NCBI GenBank assembly: GCA_964538495.1
Contig: CAZIEA010000004.1
Location: 4,262 to 47,212 of the forward strand
Reading direction: 5' to 3'
Length of the DNA stretch: 42,951 nucleotides
Source of the DNA: an uncultured bacterium
GTDB taxonomy: Bacteria > Auribacterota > Erginobacteria > Erginobacterales > DAOSXE01
Positions 31,561-41,064 of the stretch are shown here, piece by piece. The number at the start of each line of letters is the position of its first letter. The stretch's first letter is position 1. A program made the translations under genes and the position numbers. Under the pieces are notes generated by a model. It ran no database searches. It was not told where the DNA came from and saw nothing but the letters and a program-made list of their open reading frames with translations.

Positions 31561-32229
31561 ATGAACGAATCCGGCCGGAAATATTTTGACGCCTGCTATC
31601 CCGATTATGATGCCCAGAATAAGCCGGCAAAAATATCGTTTTACCTGAACCTTGTGCGCCGATATGTGCGGGAGGGAGAGGACATTTTCGAGTTGGGGGT
31701 CGGCTTGGGGAAATTTATCCGGGCCGCCCAAGGCTGCTACAAGGTTTCCGGCTGCGACCCCAATGGTTATGCAGTCGCCGAAACCAGCCGGATGACGCCG
31801 GCAGCCAGGATATTTACCGGATCTTTTGAGACTATCCAATGCGTTTCTGCCCCGGCGGCCGTTGTTTCCTGGGATGTTCTGGAACACGTGCCGGAGCTGA
31901 ACCGGGCGCTTCAGGCAATACGCAGCCGGCTCGCTCCCGGCGGGATTCTGATTGCCGTGGTCCCGGTTTATGACGGCCCGCTTGGCTGGCTGGTCGGTTT
32001 GTTGGATCGCGATCCGACCCATGTCTGGAAGCGTTCACGCCGCTGGTGGTATAATATGATAAAAGAAAGCGGATTTGAATTGATTGAACATGGCGGCATA
32101 CTCAGAAAAATGCTTTTCGGCAAGTGCTACCTGCATTGGACTCGCCCGCGGTGGATCTGGCGCTGGGCCGGCAGCGCCGTCTATTTTGCGGCCCGAAAAA
32201 CCGAAATTAAGGAACTTCCGAACAAGTGA
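31561..32229 (+). CDS. class I SAM-dependent methyltransferase
   Basis: Start trimmed to the ATG at 31561. IFELGVGLGKF (motif I), VVSWDVLEHVP, LAPGGILIAVVP. Confidence 0.8.
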   Translation: MNESGRKYFDACYPDYDAQNKPAKISFYLNLVRRYVREGEDIFELGVGLGKFIRAAQGCYKVSGCDPNGYAVAETSRMTPAARIFTGSFETIQCVSAPAAVVSWDVLEHVPELNRALQAIRSRLAPGGILIAVVPVYDGPLGWLVGLLDRDPTHVWKRSRRWWYNMIKESGFELIEHGGILRKMLFGKCYLHWTRPRWIWRWAGSAVYFAARKTEIKELPNK

Positions 32230-32259
32230 CACGGCCAATGAAATAAGCTTGGATTCCGG

Positions 32260-33819
32260 GTGGGGAAACTGACCCGCTACTTCTTTGCTCCACTATTATT
32301 CGACATGAGACCACAGAATATAATTTTTCGTATTATTCCTGTCGCCGTCGTAATGTTTGGGGCTCTCTTAGTGCCCCGCTGTACTCAAAAAATACTATAC
32401 TTTGTCAGCTCTGATGGATCGATCGCGGACACGACAAAACTTTTAATATCGCTCATCGGGGCTTGTTGTATAGCGGGTGGAGTTATTTTATGGTTTGCCT
32501 TGGTCAAGACGGATGTCTTTAGAGGGATTATAGAAAAAATATATCATGCTATCGGAATGCCCGGTAAAACATCCTGGGCCGCGGCAATATTTATTTCGGC
32601 TTTTCTCTTGCGCTTGGTGTGGGTTTTGGCCTTGCCTCTGAGACAGGTTTCCGATTTCGCCGAATACGATGCGATAAGTTGGCAGTTGGCGTCGGGGACG
32701 AGCATAATGTCTCCTGAAATCACCGCCGGCCGGCCCCCGGGTTATCCGTTTTTCCTTTCATTGATTTATCGTGTATCCGGGCACAATCAAATGCCGGCGA
32801 AAATTGCCAATTGTTTTCTGGGGGCGATCTTGTGCATTGCGACCTATGCGCTCATAAGGGAAATTTCCGGCGAGCGCCTGGCGCGGATTACGTCGCTATT
32901 GACGGTAGTGCATCCGACGCTTGTCCTGAGCGTGACAATGCTCGCGACGGAGCATCTGTTCGCGCCGTTGTTGCTGGCGGCGCTATGGCTGTATGTCCGG
33001 TCCTGGAGGGATGATTCGTTTACGGCATTGCTCGCCAGTGCGGCCGTTATGGGGATCGCGTGCCTGGTGAGGCCGTCAATATATTTATTGCCGATAGCAT
33101 TGGCGCTATGGGTATTTGTGTGTTTGAAAAGCAGCGCTTCGAGGATATTCCTCAAGTCCCTCATTTTCCTGGCAATCTATGGGTTGGTCATATTCCCGTG
33201 GCAATGGCGAAATCAGAGAATCTTCGGCAACTGGGGAATTATGGGGACAAATATGGGGGTGGCGTTTTATTTCAGCGTTACGCCGGATTTTAATGAATTC
33301 GTTCGCTTTACGGAGAAAACCAGTGCCGAATCCGCCAACGAGTACGAAGCCGACAGGGTAATATTCCGACGGGGTCTGGAGGTGGCGAAGAGTGATCCGG
33401 GATATTATCTGAAGAAGTTGGCATTTTGGAGATTTCGCCGCACGTTTATAAGTCCCCCCGAGTGGCTGTGCGAATATAATCTACAAGATACCGGTTGGAG
33501 CCGGGAAAAAGCGGCCGTGGCCTACGGAATGATATTGGTTGGATCGGGAGCGGTCCACGGAATTGTCTCAATCCTGGCTCTAGTTGGAGCTATTGCGGGT
33601 TGGCGGCGGAGCAAGTATAACTCGATGCTTCTGCTGTTTGTGGCTTACCACGCGGCTTTGCTGATAGTATCCCCCGGTTCGCCTCGCTATAGGTATCCTT
33701 TAGTGCCCATATACTGTTACTTTGCCGTGCTTGGCCTGAAGTGGACGATTGAGCGATTAAGGTCACGGGAGACGCGAAAAAACGGGCCTTGGCTTTTGAA
33801 GGAGAACCGAGATGATTAA
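32260..33819 (+). CDS. GT-C fold glycosyltransferase (PMT_2/ArnT-like)
   Basis: LRQVSDFAEYDAISWQLASG...GRPPGYPFFLSLIYRVSG...AKIANCFLGAI resembles the ArnT/PMT_2 family loop. Polytopic. GTG start at 32260, or ATG at 32305. Lies in a visibly lower-GC segment. Confidence 0.75.
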   Translation: MGKLTRYFFAPLLFDMRPQNIIFRIIPVAVVMFGALLVPRCTQKILYFVSSDGSIADTTKLLISLIGACCIAGGVILWFALVKTDVFRGIIEKIYHAIGMPGKTSWAAAIFISAFLLRLVWVLALPLRQVSDFAEYDAISWQLASGTSIMSPEITAGRPPGYPFFLSLIYRVSGHNQMPAKIANCFLGAILCIATYALIREISGERLARITSLLTVVHPTLVLSVTMLATEHLFAPLLLAALWLYVRSWRDDSFTALLASAAVMGIACLVRPSIYLLPIALALWVFVCLKSSASRIFLKSLIFLAIYGLVIFPWQWRNQRIFGNWGIMGTNMGVAFYFSVTPDFNEFVRFTEKTSAESANEYEADRVIFRRGLEVAKSDPGYYLKKLAFWRFRRTFISPPEWLCEYNLQDTGWSREKAAVAYGMILVGSGAVHGIVSILALVGAIAGWRRSKYNSMLLLFVAYHAALLIVSPGSPRYRYPLVPIYCYFAVLGLKWTIERLRSRETRKNGPWLLKENRDD

Positions 33820-34549
33820 CATTGTGCTGCCGGCACTGAACGAGGCCGATTCGATCGGGGGCCTCCTGCAGTGGTTCATAGACGCCTTTGAAGAAGAAAC
33901 GATCAAATGGAAGGTGATCCTGGTGGATGACGGGAGCACCGACGGGACGGCGGATGTCGCGTTATCTTTCCGGGACCGGATCGAGCTTGATATTGTCGGG
34001 CATCCGCGGAATCTCGGTTTGGCCGAGGCCCTCAAGACCGGTTTGCTCAGGGCGGTGGAACTGGCGGGGGACAAGGACATCATCATAACGATGGATTCCG
34101 ACGGGACCCATCTTCCCGGGCTTGTCATAAGGATGATCCGGCTGATCAAGGAGGGAAATGATATCATAATTGCTTCCAGATACCGGGCCGGCGCCAGAGT
34201 GAAGGGCGTGAGTTTGTTCCGCCGGTCATTGAGCCGCGGGGCGGCGTTATTGTGCAAATGCGTATTCCCAATCCACGGTGTTCGCGATTACACTTGCGGA
34301 TATAGGGCTTACAGGGCGAGGTTAATTAAAAAAGCCCTTGAGGACTACGGCGGCGAGATCATATCGGAAACCGGGTTTTCCTGTATGGTCGATCTTCTAC
34401 TCAAACTCAGCCGATATGATCCTATAATCTGCGAAGTGCCCTTGGTGTTGCGTTACGATTTAAAAGCGGGCCCGAGCAAGATGAACGTGAGGAAAACGAT
34501 ATTCGATACATTGCGCTTGCTTTGCCGCCGACGCTTGGGGATGAAATAA
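33812..34549 (+). CDS. family 2 glycosyltransferase, dolichyl/polyprenyl-phosphate mannose synthase-like
   Basis: AGGAGAA RBS. MINIVLPALNEADSIG...VILVDDGSTDGT...ITMDSDGTH. Overlaps the previous gene by 8 nt. Confidence 0.85.
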   Translation: MINIVLPALNEADSIGGLLQWFIDAFEEETIKWKVILVDDGSTDGTADVALSFRDRIELDIVGHPRNLGLAEALKTGLLRAVELAGDKDIIITMDSDGTHLPGLVIRMIRLIKEGNDIIIASRYRAGARVKGVSLFRRSLSRGAALLCKCVFPIHGVRDYTCGYRAYRARLIKKALEDYGGEIISETGFSCMVDLLLKLSRYDPIICEVPLVLRYDLKAGPSKMNVRKTIFDTLRLLCRRRLGMK

Positions 34550-34626
34550 AGACGGAAAATCCATGCTTGATCAGAATAAACTTACGCGCCCGGCCGTTCT
34601 TTTGCCGGGGAGGCTATGTTGATAAA

Positions 34627-35409
34627 ATGAATTTTTTCTCTCTTGTCGTGCCGACATTCAACGAGAAAGACAATATTCTGCCTTTACTGGGAGAGTTAAA
34701 AAATGTTTTGAGTGGTTTGGGCATGGGCTATGAAATAATAGTCGTAGATGACGATAGCCCGGATTTGACCTGGCAAGTGGTCCAGGATGCTCTCCCCGAC
34801 TTTGCTGAGGTGAAGTTGATCCGGCGCATTAACAAAAGAGGTTTGGCTACGGCTGTGGTTGACGGGTGGAAAGATTCCTCGGGAAACATACTGGGAGTGA
34901 TTGATGGAGACTGCCAACATGATCCCGGGGTATTGAAGAATTTGCTGGAAGCTATACGCGGGGGAAGCGCCGATATTGTGCTGGCGTCGAGAAGGGTAAG
35001 CGGCGGCGGTTTGGGCCGGTGGGGTTGGGGCAGGAGGATGATTTCTAAAACAGCGACCTTGATGGCGCAATTGATTCTGCCGGTGACCCTGAGGAAAATA
35101 TCCGATCCGATGACCGGCTATTTTGCATTCAGGAAGGAGGTTGTGGATATTGATGCATTGAATCCGATGGGCTACAAAATCTCTATTGAAGTGCTAGCCC
35201 AGCGAAAAAAATCCAGGGTCAAGGAAGTTCCCTTGGTTTTTAGAACCCGACAAGCCGGAGACAGTAAAATCGGTAAACAGGTATACGTTGAGTTTGTCAA
35301 GCATCTGCTCAAAATATGCCGGGCGACTGGGGAATGGAAGAAATCCCCGGTGCTGGTCGGAGCGATTATAGTGATTTTAGCGGTTATCTTTACTATGGCG
35401 TTGATGTGA
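34627..35409 (+). CDS. family 2 glycosyltransferase, polyprenol-phosphate mannose synthase-like with C-terminal TM
   Basis: Start trimmed to the ATG at 34627. MNFFSLVVPTFNEKDNI...IIVVDDDSPDLTW...RGLATAVVDGW...DGDCQHDP. C-terminal VLVGAIIVILAVIF. Confidence 0.85.
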   Translation: MNFFSLVVPTFNEKDNILPLLGELKNVLSGLGMGYEIIVVDDDSPDLTWQVVQDALPDFAEVKLIRRINKRGLATAVVDGWKDSSGNILGVIDGDCQHDPGVLKNLLEAIRGGSADIVLASRRVSGGGLGRWGWGRRMISKTATLMAQLILPVTLRKISDPMTGYFAFRKEVVDIDALNPMGYKISIEVLAQRKKSRVKEVPLVFRTRQAGDSKIGKQVYVEFVKHLLKICRATGEWKKSPVLVGAIIVILAVIFTMALM

Positions 35410-35447
35410 TCAAGGGATTCGGCGGAGTCCTTCCGGGAGATAAAAAG

Positions 35448-36419
35448 ATGAACAAGCCGATAGAACTCTCGGTCATCGCCCCCTTGTATAATGAAGAGTC
35501 TTGCATCGCGGGCAACGTGGAGCGTTTTCTTTCCGCTCTGCGGGGGTTCGGCGGGGAATGGGAACTGATCCTGGTCAACGACGGGAGCACCGATTCCTCC
35601 CTGGAAAAGCTGCGGCCTTATGCGCAGAAAGAGCCCCGGATCGTCCTGGCCAGCTACGAGGTCAACCGGGGCCGGGGCTACGCCCTCCGGCAGGGCTTTG
35701 CCCGGGCCCGGGGCCGCTACATCGTCACCACCGAGTCCGACCTTTCCTGGGGGGAGGGGATCGTCCTGAGCCTTTACGGGGAACTGAAGCGGACGGGGCT
35801 GGATGTCGTGATCGCCTCTCCCTACCGGGAAGGAGGGAAACTGGAGAACATTCCCCTGAAAAGGGCGTTTCTCAGCCGATTCGGCAACAAGCTCCTCACC
35901 GCCTCGGTTCCGGCCGACCTGACGATGCTGAGCGGGATGACCCGGGGCTACCGGGCCGAGGTAATCAGGGCGCTCGACCTGGAATCGGACGGGAAGGAGA
36001 TCCACCTGGAAATCGTAGCTAAGTGCCTGGCCCTGGGCTACCGGATCGGGGAGATTCCGGCCGTTCTCAGGTGGGAAAAGCCTATTGCCGGGAAGCAGGT
36101 CCGCCAGTCCAAGTTCCACTCCCGCAAGCTCATCCTCAGTCACCTGGCTTTTTCCTTCTACCAGAAACCGATGTTGATTTTCGGGGCGGCGGGGGCCGTG
36201 ATGGTCCTGGGCGGTCTCGCCCTGGCCGTTTTGTTCGCCGTGCAGTTCTTGCTGCGCACCCTTTACCCGACTCGCCCGATCTATCTGCTGATGGTGATCC
36301 TGCTGGTGGCCGGGATACAGATGCTCAGTTTCGGGTTCCTGGCCAACCAGCTCGGGAGCCTCAAGCGCGACATCTACCGGCTCCAGCGTTCGGTCAAGGA
36401 AAAGCGGGGAGGGTTATAG
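35448..36419 (+). CDS. family 2 glycosyltransferase, GtrB-like (two C-terminal TM helices)
   Basis: Start trimmed to the ATG at 35448 (GGGAGA upstream). LSVIAPLYNEESCI...LILVNDGSTDSS. C-terminal MLIFGAAGAVMVLGGLALAV and IYLLMVILLVAGIQMLSFGFL. Confidence 0.85.
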   Translation: MNKPIELSVIAPLYNEESCIAGNVERFLSALRGFGGEWELILVNDGSTDSSLEKLRPYAQKEPRIVLASYEVNRGRGYALRQGFARARGRYIVTTESDLSWGEGIVLSLYGELKRTGLDVVIASPYREGGKLENIPLKRAFLSRFGNKLLTASVPADLTMLSGMTRGYRAEVIRALDLESDGKEIHLEIVAKCLALGYRIGEIPAVLRWEKPIAGKQVRQSKFHSRKLILSHLAFSFYQKPMLIFGAAGAVMVLGGLALAVLFAVQFLLRTLYPTRPIYLLMVILLVAGIQMLSFGFLANQLGSLKRDIYRLQRSVKEKRGGL

Positions 36420-36443
36420 ATGGTATGAGGTTTGGGGTGTGAG

Positions 36444-37277
36444 ATGAGGAACTGGAGATATGCCGCCGGGCGCCTTTTCCCCACCGTTCGAGGCTTTGTC
36501 CGGTGCATTGTTCGCTCTCCCCGGATTGCCCGGCAGGTTTTTTCCGCCTCCCTTCATTACGCCCTGACCGGGCGGATGTCCTCTGCGGTCGTCGTCGAGA
36601 AAGGCTACCGTATCGAAGACCCCAAGGAGCTGGTGGGTTACTTGGCCCACTTTGTCGAGGAAGAGGTCGAAGCCCGGGAATGGCTTATCCCTTTCCGACG
36701 GGCCCAAGCCCCTGTCTGCCTGGACGTGGGCGGCCACGCGGGCATCTTTTCCCTCAAACTGCTTTGCGAGAACCCGGCCGCGCTGGTTTATGCCTTCGAG
36801 CCCCAGCCCGACCTCGCCCGCAAGGCTTCCCAGGCTCTTGCTTCCGAAAGCTCCAGGTATCGCTGTTTCCCCCTGGCCGTCTCCGACGCGCCCGGGAAGA
36901 CCAGGCTTTACCGGGATTCGATAGACAACTCCCAGGCCAGCCTGGAACGGAGCTGGCGGCCGGAAGCGGAGGAGGTCCTGGAAGTCGAGACGGTTACGCT
37001 CGACGCGGCGGCCGCCGACCTGGGGAACATATTTCTTCTGAAAATAGATGTCGAGGGGCACGAGGCCAGGGTTTTAGCGGGGGGGAAGGGAACCCTGAAG
37101 CGCACCCGTTTCGTCCTGGTGGAGATACTTTCGGAAGAAAGTCTGCGCCGCTGCCGGTCCATTTTAGGACCCGGGTGGAAGGAGAAAAAGATCGGGCGGG
37201 GGGATTATCTTTTCGAGGCCAAAACGACTGTCGTATCGTCACTCCCGGCGGAGAGCAATTCACATGTAGGCATGTAG
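36444..37277 (+). CDS. FkbM family methyltransferase
   Basis: CLDVGGHAGIFSL...AFEPQP...KIDVEGHEARVL. The last ~17 codons (TTVVSSLPAESNSHVGM) are a degenerate hairpin unit plus a CATGTAG block, and the TAG stop at 37275-37277 is inside that block. Confidence 0.8.
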   Translation: MRNWRYAAGRLFPTVRGFVRCIVRSPRIARQVFSASLHYALTGRMSSAVVVEKGYRIEDPKELVGYLAHFVEEEVEAREWLIPFRRAQAPVCLDVGGHAGIFSLKLLCENPAALVYAFEPQPDLARKASQALASESSRYRCFPLAVSDAPGKTRLYRDSIDNSQASLERSWRPEAEEVLEVETVTLDAAAADLGNIFLLKIDVEGHEARVLAGGKGTLKRTRFVLVEILSEESLRRCRSILGPGWKEKKIGRGDYLFEAKTTVVSSLPAESNSHVGM

Positions 37278-37665
37278 AACATGTAGAAAGGCAAATTCGA
37301 AATCAGAATGACGAAATTCGAAACCGCGTGGTCGTTGTCGTGTTTCGGCATAGAGCATAGGGCATAGGGACGCAACTCCAGGCTGAAGGAACTGCCGCTG
37401 CATTCACATGTAGACATGTAGGGCATGTAGAAAACCAAGAGCATTTTCACGCAAAGACGCAAAGACGCCAAGGAACGGATCGTTCACCAACCTTTTTGCT
37501 CTTGGCGACGGGTTCTGCAAGCCGCGACGACAGGAGCGGCGATACGACAAGTCCCTAGGCGAAGCCGAGGGACGATACTACAAGTTCCGAGCGGAGCGAG
37601 GAACGATACTGCAAGTCATTCCGCAGGAATGACGATACGGCAGTTTTGTTCTGAACCCTGAACCC
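37217..37665. repeat. large repeat mosaic between the FkbM gene and the wecB 3' end
   Basis: Degenerate hairpin unit, CATGTAG block (37259-86), TTCGAAA words, reverse CGACAA and CTATGC words, GGCTGAAGG, 74-nt composite module (37402-37475), ~100-nt module (37448-37550, about 85% identical to 41867-41967), hairpin array 6 (4 units, reverse, 37515-37633), and CCTGAAC x2. Confidence 0.9.
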
Positions 37666-37670
37666 TTCCC

Positions 37671-38735
37671 TTATCCCATATAGCTTTTGATAATTTCCAC
37701 GATGGCCGCCGCGGCTTGCCCGTCGCCGAAGACTGGTTCCGGCGGGGCAGGGGGTTTGGGCAGACGCAGGGCTTGAGCAATCCGCTCCGGGTCCGCCCCG
37801 GCCAGGACGTTCCAGCCCCTCTCGAGCGTCTCCACCCACTCGGTCTCCTCCCGCAGGGTGACGCAGGGCACGCCGAGCAGGTAGGCTTCCTTCTGCACCC
37901 CGCCGGAATCGGTCAGGATCCGGGCGGCGTTCTCCTCCAGCAGGAGCATTTCCAGGTAGCCGCAGGGGGGGACCGGCCGGATGTTGGGGCCCGGTTTCCG
38001 GCCTGACTTGACCAGGGCCGCGGCCGTCCGGGGATGGGCCGGGAAGATGACCGGCAGGTCCGCCCCTTCCAGGGCCCCCAGGATGGCGTTCATTCGCTCG
38101 GGGTCGTCGGTGTTGCCGGCCCGGTGGATCGTGAGTAGGTAGTAACTCCCGCATTCAAGCCCGAACCGGGCGAGGATATCCGCCTTTCCCGCCGCTCTCC
38201 GTCGGCAGCGCAGCAGGATATCGAGCATTACGTCCCCGGTCAGATTGACCCCCTTTACGATCCCTTCCCGCCGGAGGTTTCCCACGGCGGTTTCGGTGGG
38301 GCAGAAGAGCAGCGCCGAGACCTCGTCGGCCAGGACGCGGTTGATCTCCTCGGGCATCTCCCGGTTGAAGCTGCGCAGCCCGGCCTCCACGTGCCCGACG
38401 GGGATATGGAGCTTGGCGGCCGCGAGCGAACCGGCCAGGGTGGAGTTGGTGTCGCCGTAAACCAGGACCAGGTCAGGGGATTCCTCTTCCAAAACTTCCT
38501 CGATCGCCGCCAGCATCCGCCCGGTCTGGAAACCGTGGGAGCCTGAGCCGATGCCGAGGTTGCGGTCGGGCTCCGGGATTTCCAGTTCCCGGAAGAAGAC
38601 CGAAGACATGGCGTCGTCGTAGTGCTGGCCGGTATGAACGAGGATTTCCCGGAAACTTTTGCGCAGCTCTCGGCTGAGGGCGGCGGCCTTGACGAACTGG
38701 GGCCTCGCCCCCACGATCGAGCAGATCTTTTTCAT
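37671..38735 (-). CDS. wecB: UDP-N-acetylglucosamine 2-epimerase (non-hydrolysing)
   Basis: MKKICSIVGARPQFVK...HTGQHYD...YGDTNSTLAG...HVEAGLRSFN. This is the only minus-strand gene in the 11.9-43 kb cluster. Confidence 0.9.
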   Translation of the reverse strand: MKKICSIVGARPQFVKAAALSRELRKSFREILVHTGQHYDDAMSSVFFRELEIPEPDRNLGIGSGSHGFQTGRMLAAIEEVLEEESPDLVLVYGDTNSTLAGSLAAAKLHIPVGHVEAGLRSFNREMPEEINRVLADEVSALLFCPTETAVGNLRREGIVKGVNLTGDVMLDILLRCRRRAAGKADILARFGLECGSYYLLTIHRAGNTDDPERMNAILGALEGADLPVIFPAHPRTAAALVKSGRKPGPNIRPVPPCGYLEMLLLEENAARILTDSGGVQKEAYLLGVPCVTLREETEWVETLERGWNVLAGADPERIAQALRLPKPPAPPEPVFGDGQAAAAIVEIIKSYMG

Positions 38736-38749
38736 CGCTGCTTACCGCT

Positions 38750-38902
38750 ATTCACATGTAGACATGTAGGGCATGTAGAAAACCAAGAGCATTTTCACGC
38801 AAAGGCGCAAAGACGCCAAGGAAAACCAATTTGTCCACAGATTGCACAGATTTTACCTTCATGTTCTTCATGCTCTTCATGGTGAGAAAAGGTAGGCTGA
38901 AG
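38750..38902. repeat. 74-nt composite module followed by a 71-nt module
   Basis: 38750-38823 matches 37402-37475 at 73 of 74 positions (CATGTAG x3 + AACCAAGAGCATTTTCAC + GCAAAGRC x2 + GCCAAGGAA). 38832-38902 is about 90% identical to 11635-11704 (CACAGATT x2, TTCATGYYC x3, GGTGAGAAAAG, GGCTGAAG). Confidence 0.9.
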
Positions 38903-38932
38903 ACCGATTGCCTGGGTTATACTTAATAAACT

Positions 38933-40735
38933 ATGAAGACGTGGCGGTCGCGAACGGACTTGGCCCTGATCGGCTTTTTCGGCCTCTTGTTTCTGGTGAC
39001 GCTGGCCGTCCTGATCGCCGGGCCGGATTCCTTGCTCCGGGCGGTGGGGGTATTTACCCCCGAGCGTGCGGCCAAGGCCGCAAGAATTCTGCGGGTGCTG
39101 GCGGCTTTCTCTTCGGGCGCCTTCCTGTTGGAGCTGACCCGGAGCCGCTGGCGGCATCCGGCGATCTTCCTGCTGGGTTTCAGTTTGGTCCTGCTCGGTT
39201 CCGGACCGGACCTGGGGCACGACCTTCACCTCCATATTTTTCGGTCGGGAGAGGTGCTTTCCGGGTTAAGCGAGGGACAGTTCAATCTCTACCTTTCCCG
39301 CGGAATATTCGAGGGGCGGGGCCTTCCGGTCTTCGTCTATTACCTGAGTTGGCTTTATTTTCCGGCCGCATGCGCGGGAGCAATTGGTCTTGGATTTTTC
39401 TGGGGATTGAAGTTTACGCTCTGGATTCTTTTCCTTCTCCTGGGGATAGGGATGTACCGGTTTTTAAGGCTTTTCGCCGGGCGCGCGGCGGTGTTTCCGG
39501 CGGTTTTTTTCTTTCTTGCTTCCAACTACACGATCGGGAACTTCCTTGCCCGCCTGGCCCTGGCCGAATGCTTTGCCCTGGCCGTCCTGCCCTATGCCGC
39601 CCGCTACCTCCTCAAGACCGTCCGGGATTTCCGGGGCCGGTATTTCTTCCTGGGGGCGGGATTACTGGCCCTGTTGTTCATCTGCCATCCCCTGAGCTTC
39701 ATCAACATTGTCCCCGGGTTGATGGTCTTCGTTCTCCTGGTCCCGGAGGAGGGCTTTGCCGGGGAGGGGTGGGGGAAAAGGATCGGAATTCTGGCGGTGG
39801 TCTCCGGGGCTTGTCTGGCCCTGGGCTCTTTCCGCTGGATCCCGGCCCTGCTCGATGGCAGATTCCTCTACCTGCATCACCATGGGTTTGTCCGCTTTTA
39901 CCCCGAGGAGTACCTTTCCTGGCGCAATTTTCTCAATCCCCTTGATTTTCGGAGCCCCGGACTCCTGCAACTGGGCTGTCTTCTCTGGGCGGTCCGGCGG
40001 GTTTTTCGCCCTGGAGACCGCTGCCGCTCCGGAGACGCGGTTCTCTTGGGATTAATCTTAATCTACGGGCTCTTGACTACCAAGGCCGGGGCGCCGGTTT
40101 GGGATCATTCCGATCTTTTGCGGGCAAACCAGTTTTCCTGGCGCATGCTTGCGCCTTTGCTTTTTTTCGGTGCCGTTCTTTTCGCTCGCATGTGCGAGAT
40201 GGTTTCCTTATCCGGCTGGCGCTCCTGGCTGGGTTTGACTTTACTTCTGCAGGGGTTGTTTTTTCTGGTGTCCCGCCACGAGAACTTTGACGAGGGGATT
40301 TCGGCGCCGTCTTTGCCGGAGAAAGTTGCGGCCTATGCCGTCAAGCACAACGGTTGGGGAATTGATGAGTTCATTCTCCGGCCCGGGGCCTTTCCCACCC
40401 TGGCGGAAAGGGAGATTGCCGGCCCGGCCCCCATTCTGGAAAGCCGGGTCCGGGGGGCGGGGGAGTCCTTGACCCCGGCGCCCATCTCCGCGCCGGGAAT
40501 ATGGGAAATCGAGCGCCACTGGAACCCCCGCTTCGTTGTCTCGGTCGGGGGAGAACCGGTCCCGCTTTTGGCCTCGCCCCGGGGATTGCTGGCGGTCTCC
40601 TTACCGCCGGGAGACTCCAGGGTGGAGATCCTTCTCACCAAGCCCCCTTACGTCCTTATTCCCGAGCTCGTGTCCCTGGCGTTCTTCGTGGGCTTGGTCA
40701 TCTGGGCCCTGGCGGATACCCGCCGCCGGTTGTAG
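38933..40735 (+). CDS. large polytopic membrane protein, PTPS-related/YfhO-like (putative GT-C-type glycosyltransferase)
   Basis: 600 aa. DLGHDLHLHIFRSGEVLSGLSEGQFNLY...GRGLPVFVYYLSWLYFPAA...LKFTLWILFLLLGIGMYRFLR resembles the membrane '6-pyruvoyl-tetrahydropterin synthase-related' domain, from memory. Soluble C-terminal domain and a terminal TM. Confidence 0.55.
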   Translation: MKTWRSRTDLALIGFFGLLFLVTLAVLIAGPDSLLRAVGVFTPERAAKAARILRVLAAFSSGAFLLELTRSRWRHPAIFLLGFSLVLLGSGPDLGHDLHLHIFRSGEVLSGLSEGQFNLYLSRGIFEGRGLPVFVYYLSWLYFPAACAGAIGLGFFWGLKFTLWILFLLLGIGMYRFLRLFAGRAAVFPAVFFFLASNYTIGNFLARLALAECFALAVLPYAARYLLKTVRDFRGRYFFLGAGLLALLFICHPLSFINIVPGLMVFVLLVPEEGFAGEGWGKRIGILAVVSGACLALGSFRWIPALLDGRFLYLHHHGFVRFYPEEYLSWRNFLNPLDFRSPGLLQLGCLLWAVRRVFRPGDRCRSGDAVLLGLILIYGLLTTKAGAPVWDHSDLLRANQFSWRMLAPLLFFGAVLFARMCEMVSLSGWRSWLGLTLLLQGLFFLVSRHENFDEGISAPSLPEKVAAYAVKHNGWGIDEFILRPGAFPTLAEREIAGPAPILESRVRGAGESLTPAPISAPGIWEIERHWNPRFVVSVGGEPVPLLASPRGLLAVSLPPGDSRVEILLTKPPYVLIPELVSLAFFVGLVIWALADTRRRL

Positions 40736-40744
40736 GGGGCTTGT

Positions 40745-41052
40745 TTCGAGTTTCGGGGATTCGAACTTCGAATTTCATTTTAGGACTTATAAGACCCATA
40801 GGACATATACGACCCAGAGGATGGCGCCTTGCCACTCTGTGCTATGCTCTATGCCTGAACCCGGAGCCTCGGCGCTTGACGCTATGCGCTCTGCGCTGCG
40901 CCGATTACGACCACGACCACGAATTAATCCGTGAACGAATCGGTTTTTCTTTGCGTCTTTGCGTCTTTGCGCCTTTGCGTGAAAATGCTCTTGGTTTTCT
41001 ACATGCCCTACATGTCTACATGTGAACACGAGTGGCAGGGCTGAAGCCCTGC
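40745..41052. repeat. repeat mosaic with the inverted copy of the 74-nt composite module
   Basis: TTCGAA words, ATAGGAC/ATAAGAC/ATACGAC words, CTATGC words, GATTACGACCACGACCACGA, CTTTGCGY x4 plus reverse CATGTAG x3 (40950-41026, an inverted copy of 38750-38823 with one extra GCAAAGAC unit), and hairpin GCAGGGC-tgaa-GCCCTGC (41035-41052). Confidence 0.9.
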
Positions 41053-41064
41053 GCTACGACTGAA

